A stretch of DNA of 63,795 nucleotides, filler included, from Licmophora abbreviata (GCA_900291995.1; 15 parts of 15 records of this genome joined end to end with filler, not necessarily neighbours in it), one strand, 5' to 3'; shown: positions 20,816 through 33,684, counted from the first letter of the whole stretch. Translations and numbers: made by a program. The notes: generated from the sequence alone by a model not told the origin.

Positions 20816-22753
20816 ATGAATCCCCTGTCCGGAATCGAAGCTGCCTTGGGAACCGCCATGCTGAAGCAGATCCAAGAAAGCAAAATACTTCTGGTCGGAG
20901 CCGGTGGCATTGGCTGTGAATTGCTCAAGAACTTGGCTCTGAGTGGGTTCTCGAACGTACAAGTCATTGATCTCGACACCATCGATGTCAGTAACTTGAA
21001 CCGACAGTTCCTCTTTCGAAGTCAGCACGTCGGGATGCCCAAATGCAAAGTTGCTTGTCAAGTCGCACAGGACATGGCTCCCAAAATCACTGATGGCGCT
21101 GCTGCTCTTGTGTCGTATCAAGCTCATCACGGGAACGTTTGTGACAACGGCAAGTTCAATGTGCAGTACGTATCCCAGTTCAATCTTGTCTTGAATGCAC
21201 TGGACAATGTTACGGCACGTCGTCGCGTCAATCGCCTCTGTCTCGCTGCCAATGTCCCACTCGTGGAAGCTGGGACGACAGGCTATCTCGGTCAGGTCAA
21301 GGTCATTGACAAGGCGTCCAACGTGGCCTGCTATGAATGTACGACACAAGAGACGCAAAAGGTCTATCCTATTTGCACTATCCGATCGACACCGAGTATG
21401 CCGGTACACACGATTGTTTGGGCCAAGGAGCTTTACAAGCTGCTATTTGGAGAGAAGGTGGAAGACAGCATGTTGTTTGAAGATACCTCTGCGGCGGACA
21501 GTGAGCCTAGTACGTACATGGCAAGTGTCTTGAAATATCGTGCGTTGCTGCAGGACAATGATGATGCGGCGGTGCGGTACATCATTACGCGGGACGTGGT
21601 GCAGCAATTGTATGTGGACGAGATCGACAAGCAGCTTGGGGTGGGACGTTACAAGATGGCCAAGAAGACTCCGGCACCATTGAAGACGGAAGATATCGTA
21701 ACAGGCACTGAATCTACCATTACGCCACCCATGAAGGACGCTGCAAAGTCTACCACTGACGTTTGGAGTATTGTTGATTGTATTGCGGAATTTACATCCT
21801 GTTTGGTCGAAGCCGACCCGACTACCTTACTTTCAGAGTTTGACAAAGATGATCCACTCGCCATGCAATTCGTCACGGCCGCCTCTAATCTCCGATCCTA
21901 CGTTTTTGGCATTGAGCCGATTCAATCCTTCTACTCGGCCAAGGGTATTGCTGGAAACATCATCCCGGCGATCGCCACAACCAACGCCATTGTCGCCGGG
22001 CTCCAAGTCCTCCAAGTCTTCCACATTCTAAAGGCGCAAATGGATGATGCAAAGTCCCTTGCCGATACGTGTCGCTACATGGACGTGACACGCAATCGTC
22101 TTGGTCGTTCGGGATTCTACATTGCGTCGACGAAGCTCAATCCTCCCAATCCCAAGTGCTTCGTTTGCCGCAATGCCACAATCCCGCTCACACTCAACGT
22201 GCACAGCTGGACTTTGCAAAAGTTACTCGCCACAGTACTCAAAAAAGAATTGGGTTTTGAAGAACCTACGGTTTTGGTGGAAGGCGACATAATCTACGAA
22301 GAAGGCGAAGGTGCCGAGACAACAGCCTATGTCGGAAATCTGAATAAGTTGCTGACGAACCTGCCGTGTGGCGGCATTCAGCACGGGACGGTATTTCGTG
22401 TGGAAGACTTTTCACAAGATTTGGAAGTCGACGTGTGTGTTCATCACAAGGAACATTGGGAACTCGCGGAAGGAGAAGACTCGGTGGATAGCGCGGAGAA
22501 ATATGAGATTGGCGGCGAGAAGCCAAAGCCGCTGGAGATACAGAAGCCAGCCGCTGTGGAAAATGGAGGAGAAGAAAAGAAAGAGGATTCTGCTGGAGCA
22601 GCAATTGACGATGATGATGAGATTGAAATCATTGACGACGATGAAGCGGATACGACCGCTGGATCCAAGAAGCGCATGGCCGAAGCCGCGTCGGGGGTGC
22701 CTCCTGAGAAGAAAGCCAAGAGCGACGAAGCCGAGATCATTGTCCTCGACTGA
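20816..22753 (+). CDS. UBA2: SUMO-activating enzyme E1 subunit 2
   Basis: LVGAGGIGCELLK, DLDTIDVSNLNRQFLF, CYEC, YPICTIRSTPS (catalytic Cys), AGNIIPAIATTNA, PNPKCFVC. Confidence 0.95.
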   Translation: MNPLSGIEAALGTAMLKQIQESKILLVGAGGIGCELLKNLALSGFSNVQVIDLDTIDVSNLNRQFLFRSQHVGMPKCKVACQVAQDMAPKITDGAAALVSYQAHHGNVCDNGKFNVQYVSQFNLVLNALDNVTARRRVNRLCLAANVPLVEAGTTGYLGQVKVIDKASNVACYECTTQETQKVYPICTIRSTPSMPVHTIVWAKELYKLLFGEKVEDSMLFEDTSAADSEPSTYMASVLKYRALLQDNDDAAVRYIITRDVVQQLYVDEIDKQLGVGRYKMAKKTPAPLKTEDIVTGTESTITPPMKDAAKSTTDVWSIVDCIAEFTSCLVEADPTTLLSEFDKDDPLAMQFVTAASNLRSYVFGIEPIQSFYSAKGIAGNIIPAIATTNAIVAGLQVLQVFHILKAQMDDAKSLADTCRYMDVTRNRLGRSGFYIASTKLNPPNPKCFVCRNATIPLTLNVHSWTLQKLLATVLKKELGFEEPTVLVEGDIIYEEGEGAETTAYVGNLNKLLTNLPCGGIQHGTVFRVEDFSQDLEVDVCVHHKEHWELAEGEDSVDSAEKYEIGGEKPKPLEIQKPAAVENGGEEKKEDSAGAAIDDDDEIEIIDDDEADTTAGSKKRMAEAASGVPPEKKAKSDEAEIIVLD

Positions 22754-23204
22754 TCTTGCTATAGAATAGCTGTAGTGCATCCTGCATTCTGCATCTCGTC
22801 TACTTGTAGACCGTGGTTTTCGCGAGGCCAGCCAATTCATATTGATTGTGCCCTCGTTGCGTCTTGGCGCGAAATGGTATTCAAAATTATGGGCCATTGA
22901 CGGATGGACGGCAAGGAAAGATGGGCGCGCGCGCATTCNNNNNNNNNNNNNNNNNNNNNNNNNNNNNNNNNNNNNNNNNNNNTTAATTAATTAANNNNNN
23001 NNNNNNNNNNNNNNNNNNNNNNNNNNNNNNNNNNNNNNTTCCGAAGCATCGTGTTTCAAATCCAACGACGACGAAAATGGTTTGCAAGGCCGATCCCACT
23101 CATCTCATCACAGTGCTTGCCATTCGACTCCACATCTCACAAGAGGAGACTTGATAGAAAACAGCAAACACAAACAAGCAAGCAAACTCAAGAACTAAAC
23201 CAGC

Positions 23205-24800
23205 ATGCGAGAGATTGTCCACGTTCAAGTGGGCCAAGCAGGCAACCAGACGGGCACAGCATTCTGGGAGGTACGTTGAACGTGCATGTCGTCGTTTGAA
23301 CGCCATCGAGACTTGTTTTACCAAATCTTCTCACAGTGATTGTGGAATGTGTCCTATCTCCAGATGATGGCTTCCGAACACGGCGTCGACCAGACTGGTG
23401 CTTTCGGCGGCGATTCGGAGCTCCAGCTCGAGCGCATCAACGTGTATTTCAACGAGGGACAGAGTGGACGCTATGTGCCGCGTGCTGTCCTCGCTGATCT
23501 CGAACCTGGCACGATGGATGCGATCAAAGCGAGTAGCTTCGGAAAGATTTATCGCCCTGATAACTACGTCGCTGGTGCTACCGGTGAGTTCAAACGTATG
23601 CGTCGGTCGATTCGTGTGTGTCCATCGTACAAACTCAAACGAGATCGATCACTCAACATCGTGCTTTCTTATCGTATTCTGTCGCTCTATTCCTTTTGCG
23701 CAGGCGCTGGAAACAACTGGGCCAAAGGTCACTACACCGAAGGAGCAGAACTCGTTGAGGCAGTGCTGGACGTCGTTCGCAAGGAAGCCGAGGGTTGCGA
23801 CGCCATGCAGGGCTTTCAGCTCACCCACTCCATCGGCGGCGGTACTGGAGCGGGCATGGGCACTCTTCTTCTCGCCAAGATTCGTGAGGAGTTTCCGGAT
23901 CGACTCATCTCGACGTATTCAGTCATTCCTTCCCCCAAGGTTTCAGATACGGTTGTTGAACCCTACAACGCGACCCTCTCCATCCATCAGCTCACGGAGA
24001 ATGCCGACCAGTCGTACGCTCTGGACAACGAAGCTCTCTACGACATTTGTTTCCGCACTCTTCGTCTCGCGACGCCCACCTATGGTGATTTGAATCATCT
24101 CATTGCGTCGGTCATGTGCGGAACGACTTGTAGTCTTCGATTCCCTGGTCAGCTCAACTGCGACTTGCGCAAGCTCGCCGTCAACATGGTTCCTTTCCCG
24201 CGCCTTCATTTCTTCATGGTTGGCTTCGCTCCGTTGACTGGAAGCGGATCACACGACTACCGTGTCTTATCCGTTCCCGAGCTTACGGAACAGTGTTTTG
24301 ACGCCAAGAACATGATGTGCGCCGCTGATCCTCGTCGTGGTCGTTACTTAACGTGTGCGGTCATGTTCCGCGGCAAGAAGGTGTCTGCCAAGGTGGTCGA
24401 CGATCAGATGCTCCATGCCATGAACAAGAACTCTTCGTCGTTTGTTGAGTGGATTCCAAACAACGTGAAGGCGTCCATCTGTGACATTGCTCCTCAAGGC
24501 TTGGAGATGTCGTCTACGTTCATTGGCAACAGTACCGCCATTCAGGAGACTTGGTCGCGCGTCGCCGAGCAGTTCAGTGCCATGTTCCGTCGCAAGGCGT
24601 TCCTTCACTGGTACACTGCTGAGGGCATGGACGACATTGAGTTCACGGAAGCCGAAGCCAACCTTCACGACTTGGTCAACGAGTACCAGCAGTACCAAGA
24701 CGCCACGGCCGATGAGGACGACGCGTTCCTCGAAGGCACTGACATCTACACGAAGGACGGCTACGACGTGTCGTCCGATCTCGAGGATCTCGCCAGTTAG
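23205..24800 (+). CDS. TUBB: Beta-tubulin (divergent); exons 23205-23270, 23364-23583, 23704-24800
   Basis: [63 protein letters not shown]; two GT-AG introns. Confidence 0.96.
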
Positions 24801-25693
24801 ATATCTGACAAGCTCTCGTCAAACCCTGCATGTTTCATTTCCTTCATTCCATCTTGTGCCCGTTCCGTAGCTGCTTCTTTCAATCATAAAACTCAAGTCT
24901 AGTTCAATCCGATGTCATTTGCAGTTTCATATTTCAAAACGCTTGGCTGAATATTTGATCCCTTATATAGCTCATCGTGTGTAAAAATGGGGAGACTCAC
25001 TTGCCGTCATGATGGAGGAGTTGTGGAGCGTCGCCTTGCGGTTCCGTTCCGCCATGGTCATCACCCCATCACGCGAAAGGCGGGAATATTGTTTTTTGAC
25101 GAAATTTGAAATTTGCAGAAGCTGATCTTTACTCTTTCTATTTCTGCGCAAAAGATCGTATGTTCCGGGTTTCTTCAGTTGCATAAATTCGAGCGGCGCA
25201 CCAGAATTTGACTACTCGAAAGAGCAAATGCTTTCCAAAGACCTCAATCAGCCATTGCGCTAGGATTTCAAGGACATATGGAAGGTGTCAAGGAAGTCAC
25301 ATTGATGTCCGAGGAATGAAAGAGCCCATCAAAACTTCAACACCCAATCAAAATCGAGAACTCATGTACTCTGCCATGGTACACTTTCTACGAGCTTGTC
25401 TGTACCCAGCTTGCGCTCACCTCCGAACTTGCACCCAAATCCACAACTCAAAGGCGAAAAACCCGTGACAGCAGGAGAAAAGTGCAAGTCATTGACCATT
25501 TCGACCGTCGTAGTCACGTTAGTTCCAATCTGAGCTATCCACGAGTCGCCCCGACCTCACCTAGAGCTATACTGAAAGGTGAGCCACTTTGAGCGCATCA
25601 TCCCGTCTAGATCTTCTGTTTTTTCTCGACATGAGAATGCTTTCAAAGAGATTGGATTTTGTTCCTCACGAATTCCTCCTCGCCTTTCTCTAG

Positions 25694-26656
25694 ATGCCCA
25701 CTATCCAGTCCACACTGAATCTCAACTCGATTGCCACGGGATGCCATCTGAACCCTATGCTCGCCATCGTCACCCCGCTGGTGGCACCGAGGAAAACGCC
25801 GCCCGTCGAGTTGTCCACTGCTCTCCCGCTTGCCATTGCGAATGCAACTCATGCTTCAGTTCCTCAGCACAAGCGAGCTTCTGTTAGTCCCCCGACCACT
25901 CCAAAGCTCAAGCGGACGTCATCGACGGGAACGCGTCTGAATAAGTTTGTCCGCCGACTTCATGACATGCTACAGGCAGAGCAAAACTCGGGCATTGTCG
26001 AGTGGCGTCGTGGTTTGCTCGTACTTCACTCCACTGACGCCTTTGCCAAGAACATCCTGCCTCGTTACTTCAACACGCGAAACTTCAAGACATTCCGTCG
26101 TCAGTTGAACTACTACGGTTTCGTTCACGTGCGATCCTTCAGTACAACGGGGTCGACCACGACGGCACTCTGGGTCAATCGAGACCTTGCCCAGGCGGGA
26201 GATGCCAGCATCTCGAGCGTTCTCATGCTCAAGCGTGTCGAGCCCTGCGAGTCTGCAAAGACGGCGGAAGGTCGACGAGTTCGCAAGGAACTTGCCGTCA
26301 GCACCGTCGAAGAAGATCTTGGGGTCAACACCAAGAGTCTGCAACTCGATCACATTCGATCGATGGCTCTTCGCAGCGAAGGTGTGGACGACGTTACCAC
26401 GACGTCTTCTTCCTCTTCGGATGACCTCTTGTCTCAAATTCCTCTCGTCGTTCACTGTCATGGAATCAATGGTACGACGACGACGACCATTGAAGGGTGC
26501 GCACCACTCATGTCGAAACTGAATCGACGCGACTTGGGTGGACTGCAGATTAGCGACGCTTCGTCCAGCCTGGAAGGCGAGTCCACAGACGAAGACAATG
26601 CCAACGCTGCCAATCTCCTTTTGATGTTATCTAGGTCTTCTGTCGCCTGCGGGTAA
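25694..26656 (+). CDS. Heat shock factor (HSF) DNA-binding domain transcription factor
   Basis: FVRRLHDML..IVEW..FAKNILPRYFNTRNFKTFRRQLNYYGF; C-terminal AANLLLML. Confidence 0.92.
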   Translation: MPTIQSTLNLNSIATGCHLNPMLAIVTPLVAPRKTPPVELSTALPLAIANATHASVPQHKRASVSPPTTPKLKRTSSTGTRLNKFVRRLHDMLQAEQNSGIVEWRRGLLVLHSTDAFAKNILPRYFNTRNFKTFRRQLNYYGFVHVRSFSTTGSTTTALWVNRDLAQAGDASISSVLMLKRVEPCESAKTAEGRRVRKELAVSTVEEDLGVNTKSLQLDHIRSMALRSEGVDDVTTTSSSSSDDLLSQIPLVVHCHGINGTTTTTIEGCAPLMSKLNRRDLGGLQISDASSSLEGESTDEDNANAANLLLMLSRSSVACG

Positions 26657-27334
26657 CATTCTCTGCCCCCGCTATCGCAACTTTTGAGCAAGGCTGGCCA
26701 CAAGCTGGCTCTTTGCTCCATGCATTATTCATTACTTCCCTTGTCCTACTACTGCATGTCTCGGCTGCACTACGCTACTACAGCTATCATCCAAATCACA
26801 CCATCATTACGACACGACTATCCTACGAATCCTGTGAAACTTAAAGCACAACTAAAGACACGACGCGCTACTCTCTCTTTGGTTGGTGTCAATCGAGACC
26901 GGGGCGTCGCGATTCGACGCAATGTTCTACTAGTTCAATTACATTATCAATAGTACCAGGTACCACCAAGTACCTCATCGATTGCCGGTTGCTTCTTTCT
27001 GCCTATCGAAGCTGCTACAGCGTGTCTATATATTCTTTGTCGCATTGAACGCCGTCTAGAGTTGAGCAGGTACCAACTTGCTTCGTCAACGCAGCAAACT
27101 GAATGGAGCTCGAGAAGGAATCAGGCGTCTCGGTGTCACAGCCATCTCAGACAGAGGCTTCGGCTCTCGCGAGTTTTGGAGTTTTGGATCTTTTTTGATC
27201 GTGGATCTTTTATCTTTTCGCTTACTAAAACTTACATCCTTGTTTGCATGTGTTCGCATCGCCCACTCGACCCGCCGTTCTTCACTCCTTTGATACGATA
27301 CTAGTCAACCTCTGCTTGAACCAAATTCTCCACC

Positions 27335-28908
27335 ATGGTAAGTTTGGTGAGAATGAAAGTCCTATTGGATGTCAGAACATCCGGCACGAAATCGAAGAAA
27401 AAATTCTTCTTCAGCGAATCTCTCACTTGAATCTTGCGTTTACGCCACAGAGCGAAGATATGCGCAAGTCTGTGGCCAAATCCAGCAAGGAACACCGTGC
27501 CTCTATTCTGGCTTCTGATTCAGCCAAGAAGAAGACTGCCGAAGCAGCTTCCGTGAGCGAGTTTGTCAAGAATGCTCGCGAAGACATCCTGCTCCAAATG
27601 GCAGCCCTTCGCGCCTCCCTCGTCTTGTTGGACTCTCTCGCCGACATGGGCGACGACGAGAAGCTCGACTTGCTCTTTGAACTTCTTGACAAGGACGGCG
27701 ATGGGTTCATTAACGCCCAGGAGCTGGCCGATGGAATTCGCAAGCGAAACCAGGAACTCAATTTCTCTGAGTCGCTGGACCGTGCCATTGACATGGTGGC
27801 GCTCTTCGACAAGGACAAGAACGCAAAATTGGACAAGGCCGAATTCAAGGAGTGCCTCGACACCTTGCTCCTTGCCATGGAGTCCACCTTTCACGAGTTC
27901 TCGGAGTTCCTCATCTTTCAGATGATCTTCTTGGACGGAAACGATATCGTCGAGGAGATCGTTAGCGACATTGCTGCTCCCGAAATCGAGGAGGAAGTCA
28001 AGTCTCGTGGCGAGTACTACGCTGCCCTCGTTGACCCTCGTATGGTCGCCTTGTTCCAGCTTTTCGATCTCGATCATGATGGTACTGTGGACTATGTCGA
28101 GGTCGTCCTTGGACTCTACACCATCACAGGGGATCTCGAGGGCGCCGAGCAGGCGGCCGTTGCGTGTTTGATGATGTTCGATGATGATGAGAATCGTTCC
28201 CTCGATTACACGGAATTCGCCAAACTCATCATGAATATTGCCGCTGCCTCCGACAAGAAGTTTGAAGACATTGCCGATGGGTTGACTCTTGCCATGCTGG
28301 AAGAAAAGACGGTCACAAAGGAGCAGGTCGACGACCTCATGATCAAGGATGCCGAGTTCACCGCTGCACTCGATGCCGCCGAAGAACTCAAGGACGTCTT
28401 GATGGCTGCGGGTGCATTGCAGTACACGAGGCTTCTCAAGCTCTTTGAGCTGTGGGATGCTNNNNNNNNNNNNNNNNNNNNNNNNNNNNNNNNNNNNNNN
28501 NNNNNTTAATTAATTAANNNNNNNNNNNNNNNNNNNNNNNNNNNNNNNNNNNNNNNNNNNNACCACGACGGCTACATTGACTTTGGCGAACTGGTCGTGG
28601 CGATGCGCAAGTTCCAGGGCGCCATGGATATGGAAGATTCGGTGGGACTTGCTGCCATTACCGTGCTCGGTTTCGACCAGGATGGCGACCAAAAGTTGGA
28701 TCCTGGTGAGTTTGCATTGGCATTCATCCAGTACGCCAAGGCGTTGGAGGTGCCGGTGCCCGAGCTTGTCGACTTTATGTGTGTCGTCAGTACCCTCGAA
28801 GAGAACGATGTGGAAGAGGAGGCATACTTGAAAGCGATTGCGCCAGAGGTTTCCGGTAAGATTGGTGAGATTCAGCTGAAGATCGCCAAACTTGCACTCG
28901 AAGAGTGA
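27335..28908 (+). CDS. Multi-EF-hand calcium-binding protein; exons 27335-27337 (ATG only), 27451-28908, interrupted by linker 28462-28561
   Basis: Loops DKDGDGFINAQE, DKDKNAKLDKAE, DLDHDGTVDYVE, DDDENRSLDYTE, DA/DHDGYIDFGE, DQDGDQKLDPGE; ccaccATG|gtaagt...cacag. Confidence 0.88.
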
Positions 28909-29337
28909 GACTTTGTCGTGACAGGGGGTACGTGGTAGTAAGGTAAGGAGTGTGGGCACAGTATGAGATAGTTGAAACCGTGTTATATTGTTACCCGTAC
29001 TATGTCCTAGTTACTATACTGTCAAGTAGGCGTGCATGCGTCTCTGCTGTCTTGAATACTACTCTCGTCAATTGAGATTATCGTTCGACCTGCATGAAAG
29101 CCTGTACCGGAGAAGGAGAACAAGAAAAGGATTGTGGGGGGCAATAGCAGCAAACCGATGAATCGGAAGCGTGTATGCGACGCTGTAACTTCGAGTGTTC
29201 TAATGACTCACTCGACTTGACTGACTCAAGAGTGCGCGACGCCGCGGCAACGCAAGACGAATATGTGACGAGACTGCAACATCACATCACGACGAGATCT
29301 TGACTTTGTGCTCTTGAGTGTCGTTGCTTAGGTTACG

Positions 29338-30329
29338 ATGAAGTCTGCGTTACGAGCGGCGTTAATTCTGTTGGCGGTGCTTGCGGAGAGGTCAAATGCC
29401 TTTGGAGTCGTTGGGACGAAGCATGATGCGGTAAAGGCGCGCCAAGTCAACGCGGGTACGTGCGTGTGTGTGCGTGTGCTGACTGATCTCTCTAGCCGCA
29501 GTAAGATACATCAATAGTCTTTGAGAGACTGACCCATCTACACATTAATACTTCACTACAGAATCTTTGCTCTTCAGTGTGACCAGAGCTACAACGACTG
29601 CCTTTCTGGGTGCGCTTCTTGCGGTTGGCTCCCCTGCTTTCGCTGATGGCGGAGCCAGCATCGGGGCGAATGCCAAAATCACGACGGGTGGAGCATCGAC
29701 TTTGCAGTCGGGACGGACGATTGCCATCACACGAGGTGTAAACTTGGACAATTCCGACTTTGGAGGGCAGAATCTAAGAGGTGTTGCCTTCCAACAGAGT
29801 ATCGTTCGGGACTCCAACTTTAAGGGCACAAACTTGGTCGGCGCGTCGTTCTTTGATGCTACAGTCGATGGATCGGACTTTGAGGATGCAGGTACGTGGA
29901 GACCGTCGAGTCGTTCTTGTTGACAACGAAGGATTGGGTGCTCATAGTGTGTACACGCCCGCTACATCGTAGACATGACGCTGGCGAATGTCGAGATGGC
30001 GCAATTCAATCGAGCCAACCTCAAGGTGAGTCATGTCTATGATTGTCGTCTTCACTTGACGCGACCGCGTGTATATTGAAGTCGCGTTTCCTCGTATCGG
30101 TTGCTAACATGCTACCATCCTTCACTATGTGCAGAACGCTGTTGTAAGAGAAATGTACGTTTCCGGAGCTACCCTCTTCGAGGGAGTCAAGAGCATTGAG
30201 AACTCTGATTGGTCTGACACTATGCTACGAAAGGACCAGCAAAAGTATCTCTGCTCTCATCCGACAGCGAAAGGCACCAACCCAGCAACGGGAGTCGATA
30301 CCCGCGAAAGTCTCATGTGTGTCGACTAG
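29338..30329 (+). CDS. Thylakoid lumen pentapeptide-repeat protein (TL17-like); exons 29338-29455, 29562-29891, 29973-30025, 30135-30329
   Basis: SNA-F presequence, lumenal hydrophobic segment ending PAFA, repeats NLDNSDF/SNFKG/SDFED/ANLKN, C-terminal LC..AKGTNP.TGVDTRESLMC. Confidence 0.9.
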
Positions 30330-30500
30330 TAGCTGCTAACTAGTTGATCGAGTTGTACCGGTACGGAGCAAGCCGTCTGATTGAAGTGTTGGAGCGCATG
30401 ACCCTTTGTTCCATCCATTCCCAATACACAGTAGAAAGCTACATGCTAGCTATTTCGCAGGTCATATAGAAACAAACGATCTAAATAGTCTAGTAGACTT

Positions 30501-33170
30501 TCAGTGCTGAACTGGGCATCCACCTCCCCCTCGTTGATCTTTTTCGCCGTTTGTTCGTTCTGTCGTCTGCCATACGGCGTCCTCTTCGGACACGTATGGT
30601 CTGCCGTTCACGTTCAATCCTCTCTTAAGGTGCTCCTTCTCCCACCATCCACCAGTCTTGGGAGGCAGGGCATCTCTTGATAGCCTTCGAGCGTACATGT
30701 TGAGACCGTTCATTGTATGAATCGTAGCGCCGGTCTTCATGCCGACATCCTCTGGGCTAGTCGCAAAGGTAAAGTCGTAGTTGTTTAGCAGGATCGACTG
30801 TGCAGAATAACCAAATGCAACATTCGAGAGTGAGAACGACGCTAGGCTTGACGCAACAGGTACTCCAGTATACAGGAAAATGACTTACGAAAGTAACAGC
30901 AGCCTCCATCATGGCGAACTGATCCCCAATACACTTGCGCTGTCCTCCGCCAAAAGGTAAGAAAGCAAAGTCCGCCGCCTGCTCGTTCGGGTACAAGCCT
31001 TGTACCTTGTCTGGGTCGTAGCCGTTCCATCCCTTAACAGTAGGGTTATGGAATGGCCTGTCCCATCTCGTAGGATCGTACTTCTCGGGATCTTCCCACA
31101 GTTCCGGACTCCGGTGAAGGTTCCACGTTGAATAAAAATATCAGTACCTCGCAACATCTTCACGCCACCCGTCAGACCGGACCCTCCAGCAGGTAGGTTG
31201 TCTTCGGCTCGTGCGCGTCGGATCAGCACTGGTGGTTCGGGATACAACCGGAGCGCCTCGATAAGGCAGTAGCGCAACTTCTTCATGCTAACCAAATCGT
31301 CCATGTCGGGTCTGTCCTTGCCCTGAAGCACCGTTCGCACCTCAGCCTGGACTTCTTCCAAGAGGCCTGGGTCTCCTTGTGAAAGCTCGAAAAGAGTCCA
31401 CGTCAANNNNNNNNNNNNNNNNNNNNNNNNNNNNNNNNNNNNNNNNNNNNTTAATTAATTAANNNNNNNNNNNNNNNNNNNNNNNNNNNNNNNNNNNNNN
31501 NNNNNNCTCCTTGTGAAAGCTCGAAAAGAGTCCACGTCAACATGGCCGCTGTCGTCTCGTGGCCGGCAATCAACATCGTCATTAGATCGTCACGGAGTCG
31601 CATGGACGATACATCTTCACCGCGCATGTCCACCAGAAACCGCAAGAGCGAAGGGTCATCGTCGTTGTCGCGTTCCTCCAATTCCTCGATGGTGGCTTCT
31701 CTGCGAGTGGATATGGCGCGATTGATCAAGTCCGCCAAAATATCGTCCAACATGTTCATGTCGCTGCGGAATTCAACCTGTCCGCCCATCCACTTGTCGG
31801 CATAGGGCAGGTTCCAGTAGGGGATGAACGAGGACGATCGATGTTCCGCCTCTCGTAGTACCCGATATACAGCCTTGACGATGGGACTCTCTTTCGTCAC
31901 ACTGCCAAAGTCGTATCCGAACACCGCCTTGCCTGGGGAAATTCAAAGCGAACAACGACAACCGAGTTTAGCCATTTGCGTCCTCGAGACGAACATTGAC
32001 AAACATAAATTAACTCCGACATGACTCACCAATGATATCCAGAGTGACGGAGCAGAAGCGTTCCTCCATATCAATCACGTTTCCTTTTCGGGCTTTGGGT
32101 TCGAGATCGTCCACAAGAATTTCGGCACGTTCCGCAAAGAGCGTCACCATGCGGTTCAACCAGCGCTTATGGAATCCCGGGACAATGGCACGTCGACGGA
32201 CCTGTACAAGTCACGGTAAAGTGAGACCCTACAGACCTGAAACACCCTGGACCGATGCGGACGGGCAGCAACTTACCTTCCACGTCTGCGGGTCAGCCGG
32301 AATCAAGCCTTTGCCCATGATGGGTTCCAGGATTTCCGCCAACATGCCCTTACAATACTGTTCGGGGGACGCTTCGCGGAGAATATGCTTCGCCATCATG
32401 GGATCGGAAATCACCAAGAAGGATTTTGGCCCGAAGCTAAGATTAAATATGGGCCCATAGTCTTGAAAGTACTTGGCCAAGAGCAAGAAGAGCGGGCCAC
32501 CCGCCAGTGTCTGCAAGTCTCCACCCAGTACGCCCTTTATGAAGGAGAAGAAGGACCCTTCGTATTTCTGAATGACCGCATCCGGCACAGCCGCCATACC
32601 CAGAGCGGGCCCAAAGCCAACGTTAGTGAGAAAGTTGATTGCAACAAGCTTGACGACATCCATCATGTTGACGGGTCGGAACTTGCTAACCGAAGTTGCG
32701 ACCTGTCCCTCCGATACCAAGAAATCGAGAAAGGACGGCTGTCGCACCCAGGAGCCGTCTTCACGTAGACGCAGTCCAGCAAAGAATCGCCTCATCTTTT
32801 CAATTTCCCAGTCGAAACCTTTCTGGCTGGACGGGTCCTGCTCCCAACGTTCTACCAAATTGGTCTCGTACATGGATGGGTCCAAAAGCTGAATTTGACT
32901 GTTGCGCGCCGGGATTCCAGACCCTGTAGTTCGGAGCTGTTCTGGAATCTTTCCGTTGCGTTGAAAATCAGAAGAAGCAAGCTCCTCCGCAGAGGACGTA
33001 CGTTCTAGTTCCGATACAAGACGACGCGTTGCGCTGTCGTCGCCGCGTGACCTCGCCGTGATGGGACCATTCGTTCTCGGCGCCTTTGAAACAAAGGCTT
33101 CGCAAGACGTCAGCGAAGACACTAGCAGCAACGCAGCTACACCAGTCGTATTCCTTCTCAGTGGGGCCAT
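30501..33170 (-). CDS. CYP97: Cytochrome P450 CYP97 family carotenoid ring hydroxylase; exons 33170-32277, 32201-32030, 31932-30889 (contains the linker overlap and a 1-nt frameshift near 31131), 30797-30501
   Basis: CEA-F presequence; [67 protein letters not shown]. Confidence 0.92.
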
Positions 33171-33684
33171 TGGGAATAGCGTGAAATGGGCGACTCAAAC
33201 CACTTTTTCTGTTTCGATTGATGGCTGATGGATCACAGCCGAGATGGATGTCGGCCGTGTATCATAGGAGTAAGTGGTTGCAAAAAGGTTGCTAGAACTT
33301 GTGCAGGCCCGAAATTCAGCTGGTCGCGGCCAATGAGAATTCTTGAGGTGGGACCCGGAAAAGTATCTTGCCACTTCAACCTTTACGGCCGGCACGGTAC
33401 GAATTCTACGTGGTCCCTTTCGCAATCCACGCGGAAGCAATTGGCGTGTTAGGACGATCACCACGGCGATGCTCTCCTTAGAAGTTCTACGAATGCCTTC
33501 TAATGATCTACTTCGTACAAAACAGCTAAAGTTGTAACCGAGCGCCCTACTGTTACAGCTACAGCTGCTGTTAAGATTATCTTGCTTCGTACAGTTTTAG
33601 AAGTAAGACTCTGCTCGCAGATCGTACCTGTCCATTCGGCGGCCGTACTTGCAAATAAATGTGTATACACATACTTGCTATATT

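Noticed and set aside
23584..23703. 40-aa insertion in beta-tubulin shown in the ORF track
   Set aside because: It is a 120-nt GT-AG intron that happens to lack stops; removing it restores [12 protein letters not shown]
31373..31540. Tandem duplication of [11 protein letters not shown] in CYP97
   Set aside because: Exact 34-bp contig-end overlap flanking a linker
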